Shown here in pieces: positions 41,301-52,262 of a stretch of DNA of 64,000 nucleotides. Numbering within the stretch: position 1 is the first letter of the stretch; every line of letters begins with the position of its first letter. The DNA lies in contig JAPDFW010000022.1 of the NCBI GenBank assembly GCA_028826165.1, forward strand, positions 310,001-374,000, read 5' to 3'. This stretch comes from Anaeramoeba ignava BMAN (taxonomy: Eukaryota; Protista; Anaeramoebae). Both the position numbers and the translations under genes were made by a program. The notes beneath the pieces were generated by a model. It did no database searches. It saw nothing but the letters and a program-made list of their open reading frames with translations, and was not told the origin of the DNA.

Positions 41301-44300
41301 TTGAATTTCTTTTTCTGAATTTTCAATAATTGAATAAATTTCTTTTCTTTTGGTTTTCCCATTAACTAGGAAAAGAATTAATTTTTGTTTCATAATTGTT
41401 TCACATAAATATTCAACTAATGATGTTTTCCCACATCCAGTTTCTCCAATCAAAATAATAGGAAGATTTGAAAGTAATTTATATTGAATAAATATCATTT
41501 TCAAAAAATTATCATTCGTTAATACATATTTTGAATTGTTTTCTTTATGAGAAGATATAAGATTTTCGATTTCAATTTGAGATGGAGATAAAGATAAAGA
41601 TTTGAATAAAGAAAATAAAAATTCATAATCTTTACGTTTGGGATATTTTGGAAGAGGTTCATTAAATTTAAATCCATTTTCCTTTAATATTAGTTGTAGC
41701 TCTGGATCAAAACAATTTATCATTTCTTTTTCATCTGTTCCAAGAGGATTAAATCCACTTAAATATTTTAAATTTTCAACTTTTTCTTGATTTTCATTTT
41801 TTTTGGTTGAAATTTTAAGAATAAGAATAAATAAATCTCTTTTTTCCCAAGGAAGTATTTCTTTAAAAATTTCACATGATTCCTTTAATTCTATTAGATT
41901 ATTATCCAATAATTTAGTCCAATCAAATGAACGATATATTAATTTAATAACTGAAAGGAAATAAGAATCTATGAATTGTTTTTGAAATAATTCACCTTTT
42001 TCTTCAGTTTGGAATAAATATTTTGCCATTTTTGGATCAAGATATTCATAACCCATTAATAAATTAATATGATATTTCAAAACCATCCAAAAATTTGATA
42101 ATAATCTAAATGTTAATTCCCCTGTATTAAAATGTTCTAAAATTAATTTTGAGCTTGATTTGAATATTTTCTTTTGATGAAGTAAAGATTTATCATTAAA
42201 TATTTCAATTCTTTTTTCTTTTGTTTTTCCTTCTAATAGTTTAAATTTTTGTTCATAAAATTCAAATAAATTAGAAACATGAATTAAATCTTGATCTTCA
42301 TATTTTGATATTTCTCCATTTTTTGTTGGAATATAATAATCAAAAGAAAAGAATTTTTTCTTAACTTTGCATTTTTTTTCTTCCAAATATTTAAGTGTAG
42401 GGAATAATATAAAATCTTTTTTTGGTTCATCTACTCTATAACTTGGAATTTCAAAAATCAAAATTACATTATTTGAAATATTCCATGCAAAATTATTATT
42501 TGGTAAATATTTTTTGTTTTCGATTGAACCCCACATTATTAAAGTCCAAAGATAATCTGAAATTTCAATTTTTGAAGAATAAGGTAATTCAATATGAATA
42601 TAAATTTTTTCTTTTAAATTTTCATTTAAAATAATATTTGAAAAATCATTAAGTTTTTTGATAATTTCTGATTTTTTTTCTGATGTAATTGTGATATTAT
42701 GATATTTAAAATCTGTTTTTGGATTTTGATTTTGTTCATAACACCATTTCCTTATTTGAAATGTTTTTCCATTTCCTGCAAATTTTGAAGTAAAAACAAT
42801 AAATTGTTTAGAAAATGAATTAATTTCAATAAACTTGCGATATATATCATAATTATTTAATGCTTCAATATATCCCTTTTCAATTAATCCAGAACGAAAT
42901 GAATAAATCAAATTTTTAGATAGAAACCCTTCTCCTGAAAAGAAAATAATTAATGGATATTTGGTTTCAAAATTAATTGATTGAATTTTTGAGATGAGGA
43001 AACTTTGTTTCTTTTTAGGTAATCTATTTCCATGAACCAATGAAAATAGAAAAGGATTATTATTATTATTATTAATTATTTTTTCTTTTTTTTCTTGAGA
43101 AAATTCATTTGAATTATAAAGTTCATAAATTTTCAAAAAATTAGAAATATCATCTTTTTTTGTTTGTTTATCACAAATTAGAATTTGTTCTCTTAATGGT
43201 AATTGATGAGAAAAAATGAAATAAATTGTAGAAACAATATCATAAACATCATATTCAGTTTTTGAAGAATGAATAAAGATTTTTGGATTTGAAATTTTCC
43301 CACTTTTTTGATTGAAACGTTTAATTAATTTATTTTCTATTAATTTATAAGTTACATAATTCAATTCTTCTTTTGGCAAAATGAATATTCTTTGATTATC
43401 AAAATTTTCCTTTAAAATTTGATTTAAATTATCTGCTAAAGTTTGAATTTTAAAATCTTGAATTGTTTTTAATTTGTTTTTGATAATATTAATTGATAAA
43501 TTTTTTGAATAAAGTTTTAATATTTCTGAAATTTCTTTTTCTTTTTCTTTTTCTTTTTCTTTTTCTTTAAATATTGATTTGAAAAATTGAAATAAAACCA
43601 AAATTTGATTTGTTGAAAAAAAGGATAAATAAAAATATTTCTTAAATATTTCCTTTAAATCTAACTTCCACTTCTTTAAATCTTTTTCAAGTTTTTTTCG
43701 ATATTTTTCCAATTTATTTTGATAATTTTCATTTTTTCCAAAAATTATTTTGTTTTCATAATTTTCTTTATAATTAAAATGAAGTTTTGAAGAAAGTTTG
43801 AATAATAATTCTTTGCATTTTTGAATAATTTCAAAAGAATTTAAAAAGGATTGAATAGCTTCAATAGTATTTTCTTCTTCTTTTTTTTCAATTTGAAATA
43901 AATTATTTTGTAATTCAATATCTTTTAGAATTATAAAAATTCTTGAAAATTATTAAATGAAAATTCTTTTTTTTTGATTTTGATTTTCTTTTTGATTTTC
44001 TTTTTGATTTTCTTTTTGATTTTCTTTTTGATTTTGATTTTGATTTTCAATTTGATTTTCAATTTGATTTTGATTTTGATTTTGATTTTGATTTTGATTT
44101 TGATTTTGATTTTGATTTTGATTTTCAATTTGATTTTCTGATTTGATTTTGATTTTGATTTGATTTTGATTTTGATTTTGATTTTGATTTTCTTTTGATT
44201 TTCATTTTCAATTTTGATTTTGAATTTTGATTTTGATTTTGATTTTAATTTGGCAAATAAAAATTGTTTTTGATTTTTAGATATTTGAAATTTGAATTCT

Positions 44301-47255
44301 GATTTTTACAAAATATCTCATTAACACTTTTTTTAGCATTTAATTGAGTTGTTTCTTTTCTATTTTTTATCAATTCTTTGATTTCTGGAAGAAGATTGTG
44401 GATTAATTCAAATGAAATTTCTTTTGGATTTTTTTGAAAATTTTCTTCTTCTTTTTGAATTTGTTCGATAAATGATTTAAAAGATGAAGAATCAGGTTCA
44501 TATAAATAACTTTTTATTCTTTCCCTTAAATTGAATAAATATATAATTGCAACTTTTTGTCTTTCATCTTCTGAAATATCTTGATGAATATTTGAATAAA
44601 AAATATCATCATTTTGTTTCTTTAAGAAATTAAATAATTTTTCTTTAAATTTTTGATTTTGATAAATATAATTTTGAGATTTGTTTTCAGTAAATTCAAT
44701 GGGAATTAATTGATTAAATAAATGAAGAGGAAAATTGGAATTAATCATTATCTTTTCTTCTAAATTATTTCTTATTTGATTTATTTTAGAAAGTTTTAAA
44801 TTTCCCCAATCTTGAATAATATTTGTGAAAATATTTTGATAATTTGTAAAATTTAAATTTTCACAAAATTTCCAAAAACTGAAAAAATGGAAAATTTGTT
44901 CTCTAAGTTCAATATATTTTTTCAAATTTTCTTCATTTTCTTTATTTTCTTCATTTTTTTGAAGTTGGTAATTTGAGTTAAAGAATTTAATTTCGTTAAG
45001 AAGATAATTTTTGTCTTGTTGTATTGGTAAAATAAAATCAATTTCTGAAAATTTAATTTCAAGTTTTTTAATTTGAATGTATAATTTTTCCCATTCCTTT
45101 GAACATTCAGAAATTAAAGGATTGATCATATCTTCAAAATTAATTGTTATTGTGAGTTTTTGAATTTTTGAATTCCAAATGTTTTGAAAAGTTTCTGATA
45201 ATTGAAGATTATAAATCCATTCCAATAAATTGAAATCAATTGATAAATTATCAATACTTTGAATAATATCTTTCATTGATTCATTTGATTCTTTAATTTG
45301 TTTAATTTTATCAAGAATATTATTATAATTGATTTGAGGAAGTTCTTTAAATCTATCTAAATAAAAATCTATTAAATTTTCTAATAATTTAAGTTTCCAA
45401 GTAATTTTTGTGTAATTTTCTTCATTTTGAGTTAATTTAATTTCTTCTTTTGATAATGAATAAAAAAGTTGTAAATATTCATTTTTATATTTTGTAAATA
45501 ATTTAAATTTTTATATGAGCAATTATCAGAAGTAATTTTTTCTTTGAATCCATTTAATTGTTTGATATATTCTTCCAATAATTTTGTTAGTTTATTGGTT
45601 TTTGGTTCAAAATTCTTATTTACTTCTTTGAAATTTGTATACCATTTAAATGTAAGAGATATTTTTTGGAGTTGATCTTCACTTTCTTTTATAAAATCTG
45701 GAAGTAATTTAATAAACTCAAATTCTTTATTTTTTCGAGATTCAACATTAATTTTGAAAAATTCTTTCCAAATTTGAAATTGGATATTATCAAATGGAAT
45801 AAATCGAAGAATATTTTTGGATTCTATAATCAATTTTTTATCAACTTTTTGATATGTTTTTTTCAGAAATGAAGTAATTTTGGCTTTGCATTCTTTCGAT
45901 AAATCATTATATTGTGAAACTGTTTCTTTATTTGAAAAATTATTTAAATTTGAGAAATCTTCGTTTGATTGGATAAATCTTTGAATTGAAAAGTTGTTGA
46001 GAAATACATTATCCAAATTTGGTAAATTTTCATTAGATTTGTTTTGTTTATTAATTTGTGTAAAATTTTTATTAAATGAGAACCAGAATTTAATAAAATT
46101 TGAAATGTTTGAAAATTGAGTTTTTGCAAAAATTTTGAAAATATGATCAGGAAATAAAGATTTGAAAAAATTGTTCATTGTTTCTTTGTAAGAATCAATA
46201 CCAGAAACTAATTTAATAATGAATTCCTCCCAAATTTGATTAAATTCATAATTTTGACCAAAAATGGAAATGAATAAATTTTGATTGATAAATTTGTGTA
46301 AATTTTGGTGAGATAAAGCAATATTTAATAAAATAATAATTTGATGAAATAATTCTTCAGAAGATTTGAAAGTAAATTCTTGTTGAATTATTAAATTAAG
46401 TTTTTTAAAAATCAATAAATAAGGAATTAATTTGGTATTTTCTTTTTCATTCATTTTAGAAGTTGAAATTTGATTAATTGAATTTTTAAAGCTTTCTTGA
46501 AAATTTTGATTTTCTTGAGATTTTGTATTGAATAAATCAAATATAATCATTGTTATTTCCTTAATTATTTCTAAATTATTTTCTTGAGGAAACAAAAGTA
46601 ATTGAGCAATTTCAGGATTGAATGTGTAATGTAACAAACTTAATAACAAAACTCTCTGTTCAGGTGTATTTTCAAGTTGAGAATTTGATTCTAACCATTT
46701 TTGTAATTCATCATTTTTTGGATATTTTTTTTGAAATAAAGATAAAATTATTTGCCAAGTAAATAAAATATCTTTTTTTTGAATTGGATTTTTTGGGAAA
46801 ATTATTGATTCCATAAAATTTATAATAACTGAACCTCTAATATTCTTGCTTATTATTTTATTTGAATCATTTTTTTGAGGTTTTTCTTTAAATCGGAAGA
46901 ATTCAAAAATAATATTTTTTTGATCATTTCCAATTATTATTTGATATTGAATTGATTTTATTTTTTTTTCTTTTCTATTTTTTTGATTTTTAATTTTGAA
47001 ATAGAAAATGATTTTTTTTTCTAATTCTTTTTCTTTTTCTAATTCTTTTTTTTCTAATTCTTGAAAATTTATTGGGAATTGTAAAAACCAAATTTCTTTT
47101 GTTTTTTCACTTTGTTGAATTAATTTTTCAAATTTTTTATTTTTTGGATTTGAAAAAATTATTGAAATTTTTGTTTTTTGATCATTTTTAATAAGATTTT
47201 TTGGTATTGATAACCAAATCATAATTATTTTTAAATTTGAATTAATTTCTTGCAT
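32325..47255 (-). CDS. Giant RNF213/mysterin-like AAA+ ATPase with RZ-type zinc finger (~4,900 aa); apparently intronless, broken by multiple frameshifts (assembly errors or pseudogene)
   Basis: Collinear ORFs 47255-45432, 45276-44245, 43712-40179, 40111-36302, 36018-33604, 34112-32325; motifs AGNGKT, IGETGCGKT, FFDEFN, AAGNPYR, VSLRD, ALKEN, IGKPGSSKS, VILDEVALAE, SNWKLD, FGLRDFY, FGSSF, LYDLLNQ, LNRFEKQ; RZ finger CKNNH..IGEC..CPVC..IGGTH. Confidence 0.85.
33264..34050 (-). repeat. Coding hexamer repeat (aaagat; poly-Asp-Lys) inserted in the RNF213-like C-terminal region
   Basis: (tcttta)n on the plus strand; translates as DKDKDK/DNQ. Confidence 0.85.
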
Positions 47256-47339
47256 TTTTCTTTAAAAAAGTAAATGAAAAAAAATGAAAAAAAATGAAAA
47301 AATGAAGTGTAAAAAAAATATTTTTTTTCCTATTCCAAC

Positions 47340-48863
47340 TTTTTGAAATAAAAATAAAATAAATAAAAACTTAAAAATATTATTTTAATAAATAAAACTT
47401 TTAATCCAAATTAAATTGAAATTAAAATGTAATTAATTTATTATTTAAAATTATTAAAATTAAATTATATATTTTTATTAAAATATTTCCATTTTTTTGA
47501 AATAAAAATTAAATAAATAAAAACTTAAAAATGTTATTTTAATAAATAAAACTTTTAATTTAAATTAATTTGAAATTAAAATGTAATTGATTTATTATTT
47601 AAAGTTATTAAAATTAAATTATATATTTTTATTAAAATATTTTCATTTTTTGAAATAAAAAATAAATAAATAAAAACTTAAAAATATTAATTTAATAAAT
47701 AAAACTTTTTAATTTAAATTAATTTAAAAATTAAAATGTAATTAATTTATTATTTAAAATTATTAAAATTAAATTATATATTTTTATTAAAATATTTTCC
47801 ATTTTTTGAAATAAAAATAAATAAATAAAAACTTAAAAATATTGATTTTAATAAATAAAACTTTTAATTCAAATTAAATTTAAAATTAAAATGTAATTAA
47901 TTTATTATTTAAAATTATTAAAATTAATTATATATTTTATTAAAATATTTACATTTTTTGAAATAAAAATTAAATAAATAAAAACTTAAAAATATTAATT
48001 TAATAAATAAAACTTTTAATCCAAATTAAATTAAAATTAAAATGTAATTGATTTATTATTTAAAGTTATTAAAATTAATTATATATTTTTATTAAAATAT
48101 TTTCCATTTTTTTGAAATAAAAATTAAATTAATAAAAACTTAAAAATATTAATTTAATAAATAAAACTTTTAATTTAAATTAAATTGAAATTAAAATATA
48201 ATTAATTTATTATTTAAAATTATTAAAATTAATTATATATTTTTATTAAAATATTTTCATTTTTGAAATAAAAATTAAATAAATAAAAACTTAAAAATAT
48301 TAATTTAATAAATAAAACTTTTAATTCAAATTAAATTGAAATTAAAAATATAATTGATTTATTATTTAAAATTATTAAAATTAATTATATATTTTTATTA
48401 AAATATTTTCATTTTTGAAATAAAAATTAAATAAATAAAAACTTAAAAATATTATTTTAATAAATAAAACTTTTAATCCAAATTAAATTAAAATTAAAAT
48501 ATAATTAATTTATTATTTAAAATTATTAAAATAAATTATATATTTTTATTAAAATATTTTCATTTTTTTAAAATAAAAAATAAATAAAAAAAAACTTAAA
48601 AATATTAATTTAATAAATAAAACTTTTAATTCAAATTAAATTAAAATTAAAATGTAATTAATTTATTATTTAAAATTATTAAAATTAAATATATATTTTT
48701 ATTAAAATATTTTCATTTTTTTGAAATAAAAATTAAATAAAAACTTAAAAATATTATTTTAATAAATAAAACTTTTAATTTAAATTAAATTGAAATTAAA
48801 ATATAATTAATTTATTATTTAAAATTATTAAAATTAATTATATATTTTTATTAAAATATTTTC
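47340..48863. repeat. AT-rich satellite, ~153-bp unit, ~10 copies (same family as 31335-32070)
   Basis: Same unit consensus and orientation as the 31-32 kb array. Confidence 0.92.
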
Positions 48864-48887
48864 AAAAAATTTAATAAAAAAAAAAAA

Positions 48888-48958
48888 GGGGTTATTAGGG
48901 AATCGAACCCCAGCCTCGTGCGCCCAAAGCACGAATCATGCCATTAGACCAATAACCC
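48888..48958 (-). tRNA. tRNA-Pro (anticodon UGG), identical to the copy at 4623-4693
   Basis: Exact reverse complement of 4623-4693; poly-T terminator (poly-A on plus strand) at 48876-48887. Confidence 0.95.
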
Positions 48959-49034
48959 AAATTTTTTAATTTAATTTTTTCTTATTTTTTTTTTTCAAAA
49001 TTTAATTCTTTTATATTATTTTTTAAATTTCAAT

Positions 49035-49305
49035 TAAAAAATTTAATAATCAAAATATAAAAAATGAAATAATAATTAAATAATAAACTAATGGAAAAGA
49101 GTTGATAAAATTTGAATTGAATTTAAAATTATTGATTAAATTAGGAAATTATTATTTTATTTCAATTAATAAATTAATAAAAAATTTAATAATCAAAATA
49201 TAAAAAATGAAATAATAATTAAATAATAAACTAATGGAAAAGAGTTGATAAAATTTGAATTGAATTTAAAATTGTTGATTAAATTAGGAAATTATTATTT
49301 TTATT
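49035..49305. repeat. Two-copy ~143-bp tandem repeat upstream of tRNA-Pro
   Basis: caaaatataaaaaatgaaat at 49051 and 49194; its reverse complement resembles the end of the 2965-4545 unit. Confidence 0.8.
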
Positions 49306-49440
49306 TTTTTTAAATTTATGCACCTTTTTGCCCAAATAAACAAATTATTTTTAAAAAAAATATTTTTATTTTTCATTTTAAATTAATTAATTTAATTTAA
49401 TTTAAATTTTTGCTTTATTTTTATTCAAATTAAAAAAAAA

Positions 49441-51205
49441 ATGTTTAATGAATTTACAACTAATAAAACGATAAATCATTTTCACACAGAACAAGATTCA
49501 GATTCAAATTCAGATTCAGATTTAGATTCAAATTCAAATTCATATTCAAATTCAGATTCAAATTCATATTTCCATTCATATTTACATTTTCATTCAAATT
49601 CATATTCAAATTCAGATTCAGAAAAAGAACCAAATTCAAATCTTAAAGAACTAGAAAAATCATTAACAGAATTAGCAGACAAATTCATAAAAAAATCAAA
49701 TCCAAATCCTAATGTTGAAACAGAACAATATTCAGAATCAGAATCAAAAAATAGACCAGAACCAAATTCAAATTTTGAAACAGAACAATATTCAGAATCA
49801 GAATTAGAATCAGAAATAGAATCAGAAATAGAATCAGAATCAGAATTAGAATCAAAAACATATTATAAAAATAAATCACAAACAGATTTCCAATTAAGAA
49901 AAGAATTAACACAAGAATTAAAATCACCACTTTATTTAAACTCATATTTATATCAAGAATCAGAATCAGAATCAGATCAAGAATTAAATCAAGAATTAAA
50001 TCAAGAATTAAATCAAGAATTAAATCAAGAATTAAATCAAGGATTAGAAGAATTAAAAAAAGAATTAGAACAAGAATTACCAGAAGAATTCAAACAAAAA
50101 TTAAAAAAGCAATCAAAAAAACAATCAAAAAAACAATCAAAAAAACAATCAAAAAAACAATCAAAAAAACAATCAAAAAAACAATCAAAAAAACAATTAA
50201 AAAAACAATCAAAAAAAGAAATAGAATCAAATTCATATTCAGATTCAGATTCTGAATATGGTAATGAACTTTTTGAAGAAGAAAAAAATGTGAGGAAATT
50301 ATTAGAAGCAAAAAGATATACAGAATGTTTAAACTATTTAAAAAATGGAAATCTCAAATCTTCAAAACTTCCTTTTTTTTATTTATCTTATGCAAGATGT
50401 CTTATTGTATTTGGAAAAATTAATAAAGCAATTAAACAACTCTACAATATAACAATACATAATCAACATATACCTCTTTCAACAATTTATTTTCTATTTT
50501 CAAAATGTTTTTATAAAAAGAAAAATTATGAAAAATCACAAAAAAATATTCAAAAAGCAATTGAAAACAAACCAAATGAAAGAGAATTTGAATTTTTTTC
50601 AATCAAAATTTTAATCAAACAAAAAAATTTTGAAGAAGCTGAAAATGAATTAAAGAAAATGTTTATAAACAGATATTCTTATTATTACAAAATATATTTA
50701 GCTCAAATACATTATTCTCAACTCAAATATTCTTTTATAATTCTTAATCAAAATCATAAACTAAATATTAAAGAAAATCTTCAAAAAGAATTTAAAGAAA
50801 ATTTTCAAAAAAATTTTGAAAAACTTGAAAAAGAATTAATTGAAATTACAATTTTATATCCACCAACAAACAAATCACAATATTTATTAGCAAAATATTA
50901 TTCATTTAAAAAAGAACATTATCAAGCAGCACAAAAATATTATTTTGCAAATATTATCAAATCAAAATCAAAATATCTTTATGGAATTGCTTATGAAAAT
51001 AAATTTATTGAAGAATATTCAGAAGCATTAATTAGTCTTGAATGTATTGACTTAACAAAACAAAAAGCAAAATCTTAAAACCAAAATTGAAGATTTAAAA
51101 AAAATATTAGAAACTTTCAAAAAACAACAACAACAAATATTTTTATTAAAACAAAGAGAACAAATTGAACAAAAACAATTTCAAGAAATTTTTCAAAAGA
51201 AACAA

Positions 51206-51236
<31 letters not shown>

Positions 51237-51286
51237 CAATCAATTTCCCAAATTTTGATTCAAAACAAATTCTTAAATTGAATTGA
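49441..51286 (+). CDS. TPR-like protein with acidic low-complexity N-terminus (paralog B); probable frameshift near 51070, ORF track ends at 51078
   Basis: YQAAQKYYFANIIKSKSKYLYGIAYE..YSEALISL aligns with paralog A; an alternative frame continues NLKTKIEDLKK... to TGA at 51284-51286. Confidence 0.68.
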
Positions 51287-51494
51287 AAAGAAAAAAATTT
51301 CTTTTTCTTTTTCATTTTCAAACAAAAAACAATAACAATAATAATAATAATAATCAATTCAAATTAAAAAGAAAATCCAAATCAAAATTAATCAATTTTC
51401 TTTAAAAAAAAAATTTAAAAAAGAATAATAAATTTTGTTTAAAATTTTTTCATTTTTTCATTTTTTTAATTTCAATTTTCTTTCGATCCAAAAA

Positions 51495-52166
51495 ATGGAA
51501 ACATTTAAAAAAACCTACATTTATATCACAGCATTTGAACCGTGGGCGAATTTAGACAAAAACCCAACACAAACGATAGTTGAAAGTATTGAAGAAGATC
51601 GGAGTAAAATTGAATTACCAAAAGGAAGCGAACTAGAAACGCAAGTATTAGAAGTGAGTGTAGAATCATCAAAAAATGAATTAGATTCTCTATTCAAAAA
51701 AATCAAAAGCAAACATCAAGAGAAAAAACAAAAAAAAAAGCAAACGGTTTTTAAAGACAATGTGATACTTCTTCATTTTGGACTTTATTCAGGTTCTCAC
51801 AATTTGCAGGTTGAAAGGCAAGCGTTTAATGAAGCAACTTGGAGAGGAAAAGATCAGCGTGGTTTGATGAGTCTTTATCAGCAAATTATTCCTGAAAACG
51901 GTCCTATTACTCACACTTTCAATACAAAATTTGATGTTGAAAAAATCGTTGAAAATTTGAAATCAAAAGAATATAAAATTATTTCTTCTCTTGATCCTGG
52001 TCGTTTTTTATGCAATTGGGTTTATTATTATTCTCTTAATTTCTCCGATAAAATCCAAAATTGTCGTTCGCTTTTTGTTCATTTTCCCGAATTTGATGAA
52101 ATTGGTCTTGATGATGATATTCGTTTTGTTAGTGATTTGATTTCTTTTTTGGTTGATTCTTTTTAA
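51495..52166 (+). CDS. Pyroglutamyl-peptidase I (peptidase C15)
   Basis: ITAFEPW..NPT, HFGL, VERQAFNE, DPGRFLCNWVYY, SLFVHFP; Glu/Cys/His catalytic triad present. Confidence 0.92.
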   Translation: METFKKTYIYITAFEPWANLDKNPTQTIVESIEEDRSKIELPKGSELETQVLEVSVESSKNELDSLFKKIKSKHQEKKQKKKQTVFKDNVILLHFGLYSGSHNLQVERQAFNEATWRGKDQRGLMSLYQQIIPENGPITHTFNTKFDVEKIVENLKSKEYKIISSLDPGRFLCNWVYYYSLNFSDKIQNCRSLFVHFPEFDEIGLDDDIRFVSDLISFLVDSF

Positions 52167-52262
52167 TTTTTCTTTTCAAAATAAAACTCAAAAAAAAACT
52201 CAAATTTTTTTTTCCAAATTTTTTATTTTCATTTTTTTCTTTTCTTTTCAAATTGTTTTAAT

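Noticed and set aside
40300-42790. Additional inteins at other P-loops (RNF213-like AGNGKT, GCGKT, GSSKS; GPN1 GSGKT)
   Set aside because: All these motifs are contiguous with no Cys...His-Asn insert
4623-48958. Inverted tRNA copies as terminal inverted repeats of a giant transposon
   Set aside because: The interval holds housekeeping genes; no transposase, integrase or target-site duplication is visible
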